A DNA stretch of 64,000 nt from an uncultured Chloroflexia bacterium (GTDB lineage: Bacteria > Chloroflexota > Limnocylindria > Limnocylindrales > CSP1-4). The translations under genes and the position numbers were made by a program. Below, piece after piece: positions 1 through 9,644 of the stretch; within the stretch, counting starts at the first letter, position 1; the number at the start of each line of letters is the position of its first letter. Below the pieces are notes generated by a model that saw only the letters and a program-made list of their open reading frames with translations, did not search any database and was not told where the DNA came from. The stretch lies in the NCBI GenBank assembly GCA_963833535.1, contig CAWHYC010000006.1:41574-105573 (forward strand), read 5' to 3'.

Positions 1-67
1 CGCTGCGCGCGCCCTCGCTGGCTCGGCGGGCGCCGCCCACGCCCGGTCAGTCAGCACCGCCAGCGCG

Positions 68-1054
68 ATGGGGCCAGCCATCGTCATCGAGGGCCTCGTC
101 AAGCGCTACCAGGGGCGAGCTGTCGTCGATGGGCTGGACCTGACCGTGGCGCGCGGTGAGATCCTGGCCATCCTCGGACCGAATGGCGCCGGCAAGACGA
201 CGACGGTCGAGATCATCGAAGGCTACCGGCGGCCGGACGAAGGGCGGGTCGAAGTCCTGGGCCTCGACCCCCGGACCGACCGGGCCGAGTTGCGCGCCAG
301 GGTCGGGGTCATGCTCCAGCGAGCCGACCTGTACAACCAGGTGCGGGTCCTCGAAGCGGTTCGGCTCTTCGCCGCCTTCTTCGCCGCGCCGCTGTCGCCG
401 GGCATGATCCTCGACCAGGTCGGCCTCGCTGACCGAGCCGACGACCCCTATCGCACGCTCTCCGGTGGCGAGCGCCAGCGTCTCAACCTCGCCCTGGCCG
501 TCGTCGGGCGGCCGGAGCTGATCATCCTCGACGAGCCGACAGCGGCCATGGACGTCGCCGCTCGCCGCTCGACCTGGGACCTGCTGCGGGCATTGCGAGC
601 GCAGCGCGCGACCGTGGTCCTGACCACCCACCTGATCGAGGAAGCCGAAGTGCTCGCCGACCGGGTGGCCATCATCGATGGCGGGCGCCTGCTCGCGTGC
701 GGCAGCCCAGCTGAGCTGCGCGCCGTCGGGGGCTCGGGCGCGCGCGACCATGGCGCAGGCGTCGAAGGCATCGGCGGCGCGCGATCGATCCGGCTCCGAC
801 TCCCGGCGCCGCTGGACCCGGCCGACGTGGCGGCGCTGTCGCGGGTCCCCGGCGTCTCCGCGGTCCGCCACCAGGGCGGGGCGGGTTACGCCCTCTCCGT
901 GGCCGACGCGGGCGAGGCCCTTGTCCGGCTCTCCGAGTGGTTGTGGGCCAAGCGCATCGAGCCGCTCGCCATCGAGGTCGGGACCGAGAGCCTCGAAGCG
1001 GTCTTCCTGCGCCTGACCAGCGAGGCGCCCACTCCGCCCGAGGTCCAGACGTGA
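68..1054 (+). CDS. ABC transporter ATP-binding protein (ABC-2/DrrA-like exporter)
   Basis: Walker A GPNGAGKTT, ABC signature LSGGERQR and Walker B ILDEPT are present. The stop overlaps the downstream permease start (GTGA). Confidence 0.9.
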   Translation: MGPAIVIEGLVKRYQGRAVVDGLDLTVARGEILAILGPNGAGKTTTVEIIEGYRRPDEGRVEVLGLDPRTDRAELRARVGVMLQRADLYNQVRVLEAVRLFAAFFAAPLSPGMILDQVGLADRADDPYRTLSGGERQRLNLALAVVGRPELIILDEPTAAMDVAARRSTWDLLRALRAQRATVVLTTHLIEEAEVLADRVAIIDGGRLLACGSPAELRAVGGSGARDHGAGVEGIGGARSIRLRLPAPLDPADVAALSRVPGVSAVRHQGGAGYALSVADAGEALVRLSEWLWAKRIEPLAIEVGTESLEAVFLRLTSEAPTPPEVQT

Positions 1055-1815
1055 GCGCGGCCGCGCCGGGCTGGCGAGCCTATCTGGCGATGACGGGCAT
1101 GGAGTTTCGGCTCGCCCGACGACGCGGTGAGAACCTCCTCGTGACCCTCGTCATCCCCGTCATCCTGCTCGTCTTCCTGGCCAACGTCGAGCTGGTCTCG
1201 GTCGCGGGCACGGCGACGATCGACCTCATCGTGCCCAGCATCCTCGCCCTGGCCGTCCTCTCGACGGGCATGGTCGCCCTGGGCATCTCGACCGCCTTCG
1301 AACGCGGCTCGGGCGTGCTCAAGCGCCTGGGCGGGTCGCCCCTGCCGACGTGGGCACTGATCGGTGCCAAGACGACGGTCGTGACGGGCACCGTCGCCCT
1401 CCAGGTCGTGCTCGTGGTCGCCATCGCCTGGCTGCTCGGCTGGGACCCGCCGATCGGCATCCCGGACACGCTCGCGGCGGCCGTCCCGTGGCTCATCCTG
1501 GGGACCCTGGCGTGCGCCGGCATCGGCCTGTCGATGGCGGGCCTGCTGCGAGCGGAGACCGTCCTGGCGCTGGCCAACGGCCTGTACGTGCTCGCCATCG
1601 TGGCCGGTGGCGTGATCGTGCCACTCGATCGACTGCCGGCGGTGGTCGCCATCCCCGCCTCGATCCTGCCGCCCGCGCTCATCGCCGACCTGCTGCGCGG
1701 CTCGATGGTGCCGGGCGGCACAGTCGTGCCGGTCGAGGCCATGGCGCTGACCCTCTGGGCAGTCGGGCTCATGGTGCTGGCCGCGCGTTCGTTCCGCGTC
1801 GCCGACGAGGCCTGA
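1051..1815 (+). CDS. ABC-2 family transporter permease
   Basis: GTG start overlapping the ATPase stop. The protein is polytopic and hydrophobic, with an ABC-2 permease-like layout. Confidence 0.8.
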   Translation: MSAAAPGWRAYLAMTGMEFRLARRRGENLLVTLVIPVILLVFLANVELVSVAGTATIDLIVPSILALAVLSTGMVALGISTAFERGSGVLKRLGGSPLPTWALIGAKTTVVTGTVALQVVLVVAIAWLLGWDPPIGIPDTLAAAVPWLILGTLACAGIGLSMAGLLRAETVLALANGLYVLAIVAGGVIVPLDRLPAVVAIPASILPPALIADLLRGSMVPGGTVVPVEAMALTLWAVGLMVLAARSFRVADEA

Positions 1816-1966
1816 GCTACCAGGCTCGGCGGCCGGGCGTGCGCACATGAGCGGACCCGCCGCACACGAGGCCTGTATGCTGCGCGGGCGTTCGACGAAT
1901 CGGGGTCGCTCGTGCGCGCTTGACGCATGCGGCCTCGGCATACCCGGACGCGCGGAGGGAGAGACC

Positions 1967-2569
1967 ATGACGCGTCGCGCTGCCCAGGCGCCCTTGCTGG
2001 TCGGGGTCGTCCTGCTAGTCGCCGCCTGTGGTGGTGGTGGAGGCACATCGCCGGCTGCTTCGGACGCCGGCGGCGGTGGCACGACAGCGACGACGGCGCC
2101 GGCCCCGACCGAGGCGCCGGCTGCGGGAGCGACCGAGGACCTCAGCTCCGGCTCCGGCGGTGGGGGCGCGGCAGGCGACTTTGCCGGCAAGGTCTGTGAC
2201 CTCGTCTCGCTCGAGGCGATGAGTGCCGTGACCGCTGTCCCAGCCACCATACAGGAGGAGCAACCGTTCACGCAGGGCAGCGGGTTCTGCACTTACACGT
2301 CCGCTGATGGGACGGCGGTGGGCGCGATCTCCCTCGTCGGCGGATCGATGGCCGACGCGAACGTCGTGTACAACGCCTACAAGGCGGATCCCAGCGCCGA
2401 GTCCGTCTCTGTGAACGGCGGCGACGCCATCTGGTACGGCAGCAACGCCGTCGCGATCGTGCTCAAGAACGGGTATACCGGGAGTGCCCAGATCCTGAAC
2501 CCGAAGGACGGCGACATGAAGGCCGCCTCCGTCGCGCTCTTGCAGGGCCTCGCCGACAAGATGCCCTGA
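1967..2569 (+). CDS. lipoprotein of unknown function
   Basis: Signal peptide with lipobox LVAAC, a Gly/Thr/Ala-rich linker, and a GGAGGG RBS before the ATG at 1967. Confidence 0.6.
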   Translation: MTRRAAQAPLLVGVVLLVAACGGGGGTSPAASDAGGGGTTATTAPAPTEAPAAGATEDLSSGSGGGGAAGDFAGKVCDLVSLEAMSAVTAVPATIQEEQPFTQGSGFCTYTSADGTAVGAISLVGGSMADANVVYNAYKADPSAESVSVNGGDAIWYGSNAVAIVLKNGYTGSAQILNPKDGDMKAASVALLQGLADKMP

Positions 2570-2584
2570 CCCGGGCACAAAGAA

Positions 2585-2614
2585 ACGACCCTTGCGGGCG
2601 GGCGCAAGGGTCGT
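2585..2614. terminator. intrinsic terminator-like hairpin (possibly bidirectional)
   Basis: Perfect 12-bp inverted repeat acgacccttgcg/cgcaagggtcgt with a 6-nt loop. It lies between the lipoprotein 3' end and the 3' end of the minus-strand tRNA. Confidence 0.5.
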
Positions 2615-2632
2615 CTGGTCAGTATTCGGTGT

Positions 2633-2707
2633 TGGTTGCGGGGGACGGATTCGAACCGCCGACCTTCGGGTTATGAGCCCGACGAGCTGCCGCTGCTCCA
2701 CCCCGCG
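2633..2707 (-). tRNA. initiator tRNA-fMet (anticodon CAT)
   Basis: The reverse complement reads CGCGGGGTGGAGCAGC...TCGGGCTCATAACCCGA...GGTTCGAATCC...CCCCGCAACCA. It has the C1·A72 mismatch and three consecutive G-C pairs in the anticodon stem, which are hallmarks of the bacterial initiator tRNA. Confidence 0.85.
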
Positions 2708-2775
2708 ACGGTGAATGCTACCCGAGGATGGCTCGGCGGTCAAACGCGCGCCCGACCGACGTCGTCGTGGGTCGG

Positions 2776-3264
2776 TCAGAAGCCGGGCTTGAAGACCATC
2801 AGCGCCACGATGATCGCCACCGCGGCCATCAGGATGATGCTGCCCTGGCGGAGCGTCTTGGCGGCCGCCATGAGCTCGGGCGGCGGGCCGCCGGCAGCCG
2901 GGTCAGGCGGCTTCGATGTCAACTCGACGAGCGTCCGGCCGGCCGGGCCCTGGACCATCAAGGCGTAGCCGATGGCGATGACGTAGATGACGATGGCCAC
3001 GTCCAGCCAGAGATTGGTCGTCGAGGTCAGGTCGCGGCCGGTCGCCCAGATGAGGAGCGCGCCGGTGACCGCCATGGAGAGCGCGAAGGGGATGATGCGG
3101 CGCTGCGAGATGACTCCGCTCGCCCGAGCGGCGAAGTTCGCGTGCTGCGGCTCTTTGCCGCTCATGGCGCCCATCAGCGGCAGGGCAAAGGTCGGTCCGA
3201 AGGCGATGATAGCTCCGCCGATGTGGAGGAATAGGAACAGCTTGACGAAGTCGCCGATGACCAT
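2776..3264 (-). CDS. small integral membrane protein (DUF2269-like)
   Basis: Four predicted TM segments. The internal ATG (MVIGDF...) is the preferred start. Confidence 0.45.
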   Translation of the reverse strand: MVIGDFVKLFLFLHIGGAIIAFGPTFALPLMGAMSGKEPQHANFAARASGVISQRRIIPFALSMAVTGALLIWATGRDLTSTTNLWLDVAIVIYVIAIGYALMVQGPAGRTLVELTSKPPDPAAGGPPPELMAAAKTLRQGSIILMAAVAIIVALMVFKPGF

Positions 3265-3363
3265 CTGGCCTCCCCTCGGAGCGGGCGTCGAGTAGACCGT
3301 CAGCGTATCAGCAGCAGGCCCACGCGGAAGCCCGATCCTTCCTCGTGTCGAACCGCCCATCAG

Positions 3364-6300
3364 TCAACTGATCGGCGTCTCTGGCGCGGGGGCCGCGACG
3401 GCTGAGACCGGCGTCGTATCCAGGCCGGGCAGGCCCTCTTCGCCGTCGTCGTCGGCGCGGCCTCGGTTCAGGAGTCGACCGACCCTGGCCGTGCCCCCGT
3501 GCGTCAGGGAGTAGACCACCGGCACCACGACCAGGGTCAGGAGCGTCGAGGTGAAGAGGCCGCCGATGACCACGGTGCCCAGCTCGGCCGCGATGATGCT
3601 GCCCTTGTTGATCCCCAGCGCCAGCGGTGTGAGCGCCAGGATGGTGGCCAGGGCGGTCATCACGATCGGCCGCACGCGAGTCCGACCCGCGTGATACAGG
3701 GCGTGCTCGACGGAGTAGCCCTTGCGGCGGAGCTGTTCGACGAGGTCCAGCAGGACGATGGCGTTGGTGACCACGATGCCGATCAGCATCAGGATGCCGA
3801 TCATCGAACTGATGCCCAGCGGCAGGCCCGAGATGAGCAGCGCCAGGATGGCGCCGATGAGCGCCAGCGGCAGGCTGAAGAGGATGATGAAGGGGTCGAG
3901 CAGGCTGCCGAAGACGATGACCATCACGATGTAGACGACGGCGATGGAGATGAGCATGGCGTAGGCCAGGTCGCTGAAGCCTTCGGTCTGCTGTTGGCTG
4001 ATGCCGGCCAGCTCGACGGTCACCGTCGAGGGTAGGGCGAGGTCGTCGATGGCGGCCTGGACCGCCTTCGAGGCGCCGCCGGTGTCCTTGGACAGGATGT
4101 CGCCGCTGATCGTCGCCGCGGGGCTCTGATCGACCCGGGTGATGGTCGCCTGGGAGTCGACCTCGGTGACCGTGGCGACGTCGGCGACCTTCTGCTTCTG
4201 GACGGTCCCGACCAGCAGGTCGCGGATCGAATCGGGGCCTTCGATCGAGGCCGGGTCGATGCGCACGAAGACCGGCGTCGCGCCTGACTGGCCCTCGAGG
4301 GCCGGTCGGATGGGCGTCTGGCCGAGGAGCAGGTTGCGGATCTCCTGGGCGATCTGCACGGTCGTCGAGCCGACGGCCAGGGCCTTGTCCGGGTCGACGT
4401 CGACCTGCAGCTCTGGCGCCTTCGAAGCGAGGTCGCTCTTGACGTTGACGATGCCGTCGATCTTGGCGACCGCCGTCGTGAGCTGGGAAGTCGCGGCCGC
4501 GAGCGCTGTCTCGTCCTCGCTGGAGACGATGATCTGGAGGCCGTTGCCGCCACTCGAGATGGCGCCGGCGCGGACGACGTAGCCATCGGTGGCGACGGGC
4601 GCGAGATCGGCGAGGAGTTGTTCGGTCTGCACGTTGAGGTCGGTGCCGGTCTTGAGATTGACGAGGATCGTCGCCGACCCTGATGCGGTGCCCAGGAACG
4701 ACTGCTGGGCGGTCGTGCCGGAGTCGTTCGAGCCTGCCAGCGAGGTCTGGTACGTCTCCACGTCCGGGTCCTGGGCGATGATCGCCTCGGCCTGGACGGC
4801 ACGATCCAGGGTCGCGCTGCTCGTCGTGCCCGGCGGCGGCGTGATGGTCACCGTCAGGACCTCATCCGAGCCGGCGCTCAGGAACGCGGTCGGGATCTGC
4901 GGGATGAGCGCGATCGCGGCCGCGAAGAGCAGCGCGGCGGCGGCCAGCGTGATCCACCGGAAACGCAGCGCCAGCTGCAGGATGGGGGTGTAGATGCGCT
5001 GCAGCCAGGTGTCCTTGTTGCCGACCTCGCCGGCGCCGGGCACGTGCTTGACGCGCGGCACCAGGAAGTAGGCCAGGACGGGGACCACGGTCAGGGCGCA
5101 GATGAGCGAGGCCAGCAGGGCGAAGGTGACGGTCAGGCTGAAGGGCAGGAAGAACTGCGTCACCAGGCCGCCGACGAGCCCGATGGGCAGGAAGACGGCG
5201 ACCGTGGTGATGGTCGACGAGGTGATCGCGCTGGACACCTCCTTGGTGCCCGCGATGACCGCGATGCCGATCGGCTCGCGGTTCGCGCGATGGTGCCGGA
5301 AGATGTTCTCGAGCACGACGATGGCGTCGTCGACGACGCGTCCGACTGCGACCGCCAAGCCGCCCAGGGTCATGATGTTCAGACTGACCCCGCCCACGAG
5401 CATGAGCACCAGGGCGGCCATCACGCTGAGCGGGATGCTGATGGCGGCCACGACCGTGCTGCGCACGCTGAGCAGGAACAGGAAGATCACGAGCACGGCC
5501 ATCAACGCGCCGAGGCCGCCCTCGCGGACGAGGCCCTCGATCGACTGCTCGACGAAATCGGCGCTGCGATAGACATACGTGGTGTTCAAGCCGAGGTCTT
5601 CGTCGAGCTGGCTCATCGCCGCCTCGACAGCCTTCGAAACGTCGACCGTGTTGGCATCCGAGGTCTTGATCACGGAGATGCCGACCGAGGGCTTGCCGTC
5701 GGTGCGCGAGACGCCGGCCGCCGGGTCCGGCCCGTACTCGACGGAGCCGAGGTCGCCGAGCGTGATCGGCGTGGGCGCGGCGGGTGGGGTAACGACGCTG
5801 TCGGGCGCTGGCGGGGCGGCCGGGTCGACCGGGAGCTGACCGGTGCCGGCGCCGGGCAGCGCTGCCGGGACGTCGTAGGTGATGAGCAGGTCGGCGAGCT
5901 GCTCGATGGTCGTGAAGCGGTGGCTGGTCGTGACCGGCAGCGTCGAGTCACCCTCGACGATGGTGCCCGACGGGATCGAGATCTCGTTCGCCTGGAGGAT
6001 CCCCGCGACCTGTTGGACGCTGACGTTGTGCCGGGCCAGCTTGACCGGATCGAGGACCACGTTGACGCGCTGCAGGTCACCACCGGTCACGCTGACCGAG
6101 GCGACGCCCGGCAGGCCGGCGAGCTCCGGCACGACCTCGTCGCGCACGAGCTTGCCGATGTCGACGCTCGCGTCGTCGGACTGGACGGTCAGCGAGGTGA
6201 TGGGGAAGGCGTTGATGTTGAGGGTCGAAACCTTGGGCTCGACGCTCGGCGGCAGGCCGGCGGAGGAGAGGTTCGACTCGATGTCGGCGATGGCCGCCTC

Positions 6301-6606
6301 GATGTCCGTGCCGTACTCGAACTCGGCGATGACGACGGCCAGGCTGGGCGACGAGGTCGAGCGCACCGATTTGACCCCCTGGACGCTCGACAACGTGCGC
6401 TCGATGGGCGCCGAGACCTGCTCGGCGACATCGGTCGTGCCAGCGCCCGGGTAGACGGCGATGACCGTCGCGACCGGGAAGTCGATGTCCGGCAGCAGCT
6501 CGGCTTGCAGCTGACCCCAGGCGAGGATGCCGCCAACGAAGACGCCGGCCGCCAGGAGCAGGGTCACGGATTTGCGGGCCAGCGCGAGCTGGGTCAGTCG
6601 GTACAC
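3364..6606 (-). CDS. RND-family efflux transporter permease (AcrB/HAE-like)
   Basis: 1080 aa with twelve TM helices, two large periplasmic loops and AcrB-like motifs. GTG start. Confidence 0.9.
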   Translation of the reverse strand: MYRLTQLALARKSVTLLLAAGVFVGGILAWGQLQAELLPDIDFPVATVIAVYPGAGTTDVAEQVSAPIERTLSSVQGVKSVRSTSSPSLAVVIAEFEYGTDIEAAIADIESNLSSAGLPPSVEPKVSTLNINAFPITSLTVQSDDASVDIGKLVRDEVVPELAGLPGVASVSVTGGDLQRVNVVLDPVKLARHNVSVQQVAGILQANEISIPSGTIVEGDSTLPVTTSHRFTTIEQLADLLITYDVPAALPGAGTGQLPVDPAAPPAPDSVVTPPAAPTPITLGDLGSVEYGPDPAAGVSRTDGKPSVGISVIKTSDANTVDVSKAVEAAMSQLDEDLGLNTTYVYRSADFVEQSIEGLVREGGLGALMAVLVIFLFLLSVRSTVVAAISIPLSVMAALVLMLVGGVSLNIMTLGGLAVAVGRVVDDAIVVLENIFRHHRANREPIGIAVIAGTKEVSSAITSSTITTVAVFLPIGLVGGLVTQFFLPFSLTVTFALLASLICALTVVPVLAYFLVPRVKHVPGAGEVGNKDTWLQRIYTPILQLALRFRWITLAAAALLFAAAIALIPQIPTAFLSAGSDEVLTVTITPPPGTTSSATLDRAVQAEAIIAQDPDVETYQTSLAGSNDSGTTAQQSFLGTASGSATILVNLKTGTDLNVQTEQLLADLAPVATDGYVVRAGAISSGGNGLQIIVSSEDETALAAATSQLTTAVAKIDGIVNVKSDLASKAPELQVDVDPDKALAVGSTTVQIAQEIRNLLLGQTPIRPALEGQSGATPVFVRIDPASIEGPDSIRDLLVGTVQKQKVADVATVTEVDSQATITRVDQSPAATISGDILSKDTGGASKAVQAAIDDLALPSTVTVELAGISQQQTEGFSDLAYAMLISIAVVYIVMVIVFGSLLDPFIILFSLPLALIGAILALLISGLPLGISSMIGILMLIGIVVTNAIVLLDLVEQLRRKGYSVEHALYHAGRTRVRPIVMTALATILALTPLALGINKGSIIAAELGTVVIGGLFTSTLLTLVVVPVVYSLTHGGTARVGRLLNRGRADDDGEEGLPGLDTTPVSAVAAPAPETPIS

Positions 6607-6646
6607 AGGGACTCCTTGGTGGGCTTCCGGTCGCTTGCGTCGCTCG

Positions 6647-7201
6647 TCATCTGGTCAGGGTCAGGGATGGGGGCTGATCGATGGGGCTCGGTCGATCGGC
6701 AGCGGCAGACGCGCGGGCGCTGTGGCGCTCGACCATCGTGCGCACGAGGCGCTCGAGCTGCTGGAGCTCGGCCGGCGTGAAGACGCTGAAGAGGTCGCGC
6801 AGGACGTCACGCTGCATGCCCAGCATGCCGGCCACGAGAGCGCTGCCGGCCTCGGTCAGGCGCAGATCCACGACGCGACGGTCGTCGCTCCGGTGGTGCC
6901 GCTCAGCGAGGCCCTGGCGCTCGATGCGGTCCGCGAACTGCGAGGCCGCCGTCATCGTGACCCCGAACCGTTCGGCGATATGGCCGATCGACTGGGGGCC
7001 CTGCTGCGACAGGAGGTACACGAGCCGAAGCTGACCGAAGGTCAGGTCGAGGCCCATCCAGGCTGGCGGGTCGACCAGCGGCCGGGTGGCCTCACCGGTC
7101 TGGAGCAAGTCGGCGATGCGGTCGACGGCGGCTCCGTGACCCTCGGTCGGGACGGTCGCGCCGGCGGTCGCGCGCGCTGATCCGCGCTTCGGTGTGGTCA
7201 T
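6647..7201 (-). CDS. MarR family transcriptional regulator
   Basis: Winged-helix MarR core (LTFGQLRLVYLLS...DRRVVDLRLTEAG). It sits directly upstream of, and co-oriented with, the RND pump. Confidence 0.8.
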   Translation of the reverse strand: MTTPKRGSARATAGATVPTEGHGAAVDRIADLLQTGEATRPLVDPPAWMGLDLTFGQLRLVYLLSQQGPQSIGHIAERFGVTMTAASQFADRIERQGLAERHHRSDDRRVVDLRLTEAGSALVAGMLGMQRDVLRDLFSVFTPAELQQLERLVRTMVERHSARASAAADRPSPIDQPPSLTLTR

Positions 7202-7202
7202 C

Positions 7203-7236
7203 GCTGGATAGTTTATCTCAATCAACACTATCCAGC
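7203..7236. promoter_or_regulatory. candidate MarR operator (perfect palindrome)
   Basis: GCTGGATAGT-N14-ACTATCCAGC is a perfect 10-bp inverted repeat immediately upstream of the marR start, in an AT-richer patch. Confidence 0.4.
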
Positions 7237-7303
7237 AAAGGCGTACCTTCTGCTGTCCGGCGCCGGGACGATGGATGGCATCGGCCGGCGCTACCCTTGA
7301 TCG

Positions 7304-8233
7304 GTGGCAGGGCGGGACTCGGGCGAGGTCATCGTGGTCGGCTCGGCGAACGTCGACCTGACCATCCGGGCCGGCCGCCTGCCAGCCCCCGGCGAGACGG
7401 TCATCGGCGGCGTCTTCAGCCGGCGAGCGGGCGGCAAGGGCGCCAACCAGGCCGTCGCCGCGGCGACGTACGGCGGCACCACCCGGTTCGTGGCCGCGAC
7501 CGGCGACGATCCGCTGGCCGATGAGGTGCTCGACGCGCTGCGTGCCGCAGGCGTCGCGACCGCCGGCGTGGCGCGGCTCCCGGACACAGCCACAGGCGTC
7601 GCACTCATCGTCGTCGATGCCCAGGGCGAGAACCAGATCGCCGTCGCCTCGGGCGCGAACAGCGCGCTGTCCGGCGCGCTGGTCAGCTGGGCCCTGGGCT
7701 CCGTCGAGCCAGCGCCTGGGTCGGTCTGTCTCATCGGCTTCGAGATCGGCGACGAGGCCGTGGTCGCCGCCGCGGCCTGGGCGCACGCCGCCGGTGTCCT
7801 GGTCATCGTCAACCCGGCGCCCGCGCGTCCCCTGCCTGCCGGCCTGCTCGGGATGGCTCCCATCCTGACGCCCAATCGTGCTGAGGCCACGGCCCTCACC
7901 GGCAGCGCCGACCCGGCCGACGCGGCGCGCATCCTTCAAGCGCGCTCCGGTGCGGCGGTCGTCGTCACGCTCGGTGGCGATGGCGCCCTGGTCGTCGACG
8001 AGGCCAGCGAGACCCATGTGGCCGCGCTGGCGGTCGCATCGCTGGACGCGACGGGTGCCGGCGATGTCTTCAACGGCATCCTGGCGACGGAGCTGGCCGC
8101 CGGCTCGGAGCTCAGGACCGCTGCGGCACGGGCAGCCGTCGGGGCTAGCCTCTCGACGCAGACGGTGGGGGCGCAGTCCGGATCCCCGTCGCGCGCCGAT
8201 GTCCTGGCCGCCATGACCAGCCTCGATCGCTGA
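7304..8233 (+). CDS. rbsK: ribokinase / PfkB-family carbohydrate kinase
   Basis: N-terminal VVGSANVDL motif, and the C-terminal anion-hole motif DATGAGD. Confidence 0.8.
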   Translation: MAGRDSGEVIVVGSANVDLTIRAGRLPAPGETVIGGVFSRRAGGKGANQAVAAATYGGTTRFVAATGDDPLADEVLDALRAAGVATAGVARLPDTATGVALIVVDAQGENQIAVASGANSALSGALVSWALGSVEPAPGSVCLIGFEIGDEAVVAAAAWAHAAGVLVIVNPAPARPLPAGLLGMAPILTPNRAEATALTGSADPADAARILQARSGAAVVVTLGGDGALVVDEASETHVAALAVASLDATGAGDVFNGILATELAAGSELRTAAARAAVGASLSTQTVGAQSGSPSRADVLAAMTSLDR

Positions 8234-8291
8234 TCGGACGCGCGGGGACGTCAGCCGCGCCAGGCGGCAGCGAGGGCGGCCACGGCGAACG

Positions 8292-8366
8292 TGGTGAGCC
8301 GGCTGGGATTCGAACCCAGGACACGAGGATTAAAAGTCCCCTGCTCTGCCGCTGAGCTACCGGCCC
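8292..8366 (-). tRNA. tRNA-Lys (anticodon TTT)
   Basis: The reverse complement reads GGGCCGGTAGCTCAGCGGCAGAGCAGGGGACTTTTAATCC...GGTTCGAATCCCAGCCGGCTCACCA. The anticodon loop is CTTTTAA. Confidence 0.85.
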
Positions 8367-8530
8367 AGGCGCAGGATAGGGCACGGGGCGGGGTGCCGAG
8401 GCCCGACCGGGGGGTGACCGCATCGTCTGCCGCGCGGTCGACTGGGTCACCGTCGGCCCGGCGACCGTTCGCGCCCGGCCGGTACCAACGACCCATTGCC
8501 CCAGCATCGACGCCCGACGACCCTCTCGGC

Positions 8531-8758
8531 ATGTACCGAGACATCGCCGCTGCCTACCTCTGGCTCGCCGTCTTCTGGACCCTCGGCTCGTGGGCCGAGG
8601 CGTACTTGGGAGTCAACGAGATCTGGGGCTTCGTGCTCGGCCTGGTCGTCGCCAACACGATCGTCGTGCGTGCCTACCGGCGCCAGCGACGCCTGGCGGC
8701 CGCAGCCGCGCCGGCTCCCGCGACGCGCGTCGAGGTCGGCCCCGCCGTCCAAGCCTGA
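8531..8758 (+). CDS. small two-TM membrane protein (hypothetical)
   Basis: 75 aa with two hydrophobic helices. The longer ORF from 8291 overlaps the tRNA and is rejected. Confidence 0.3.
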   Translation: MYRDIAAAYLWLAVFWTLGSWAEAYLGVNEIWGFVLGLVVANTIVVRAYRRQRRLAAAAAPAPATRVEVGPAVQA

Positions 8759-8801
8759 CCTACGCGGGGCGACGCGAGCTCAGGCTCGCCGGTCAGCGCG
8801 G

Positions 8802-9638
8802 CTAGGTCAGCGCCAACAGCGCGACTCCGACCACGACCAGGATGCTGCCGGCGAACCTGCGTGGGCCGACCTTTTCATGGAGGAACGCGGCGGCCATGGC
8901 CGTCGCGATGACCACGCTCGACTCCCGAGCCGCCGCCACCGACGCCGGTGGGGCGATGGTCAGCGCCGCCAGCGCGGCGCCATAGCCGACGAACATGGCC
9001 AGGCCGACGAAGGCGGTCAGCGGCCGGAGCTGTGACCGGACCAGCGAGCGACCCCGGCGCCGCGCGACCAGCACGAGGTAGACGAGACCCGGGGGCCCCA
9101 GGGCAAGGACGACGTACGCCGTCGGCGACGCGTACTGCAACCCCTGGCGGTCGACGAGCGTGTATGACGCGATGGTGGCCGCGACCGCCAGCGCCAGCAG
9201 CGTGCCCGGCCAGTCGGCCGAGCCCGATGACCCGCGACCGAGACCGCGCACCAACATCACCCCGGCCCCGACGGCCAGCACACCGACGATCTCGCCCGGA
9301 GAGTTCGAGAGCTGGAGCACGATGGTCCCGAAGATGAGCACGATGACCGGCGCCAGGCCACGGGCGAGCGGGTAGATGAGTGACAGGTCCGCCCGCCCGT
9401 AGGCAGCCGCAAGCAGGGCGAGGTAGACCAGCTCGAGGACCATCGACGTGATCAGGAACGGCCACGCCTCCGGCTCGATGCGCCAGGTCGGCAGCGCGAA
9501 CGGCAGGAAGATGAGGGCGCCGATGGGCACGGCCACGGCGGTCGTGACGTCGGTGTCACGGCTGCGCGCGATGAGCAGGTTCCAGGTCGCGTGGAGGGTA
9601 GCCGAGAGGAGGACGAGCGCCAGGGCGAGCGGCGGCAC
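8802..9638 (-). CDS. EamA/DMT-family transporter
   Basis: Ten TM segments with a duplicated EamA-like pattern. Confidence 0.75.
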   Translation of the reverse strand: MPPLALALVLLSATLHATWNLLIARSRDTDVTTAVAVPIGALIFLPFALPTWRIEPEAWPFLITSMVLELVYLALLAAAYGRADLSLIYPLARGLAPVIVLIFGTIVLQLSNSPGEIVGVLAVGAGVMLVRGLGRGSSGSADWPGTLLALAVAATIASYTLVDRQGLQYASPTAYVVLALGPPGLVYLVLVARRRGRSLVRSQLRPLTAFVGLAMFVGYGAALAALTIAPPASVAAARESSVVIATAMAAAFLHEKVGPRRFAGSILVVVGVALLALT

Positions 9639-9644
9639 GGCCGC

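Noticed and set aside
886-2292. 468-aa minus-strand ORF (and many similar ones: 5044..6780 +, 31654..34149 −, 39893..41473 +, 41689..43461 +, 17058..18797 +, 19007..20422 +)
   Set aside because: These are Arg/Gly/Pro/Asp-rich low-complexity translations lying antisense to, or out of frame with, strongly supported genes. They are typical stop-codon-poor artefacts of a genome at 70% GC or higher.
8291-8530. 5' extension of the ORF 8291..8758
   Set aside because: It overlaps the tRNA-Lys gene on the opposite strand and has no protein-like composition. Only the distal 75-aa two-TM part (from 8531) is plausible.
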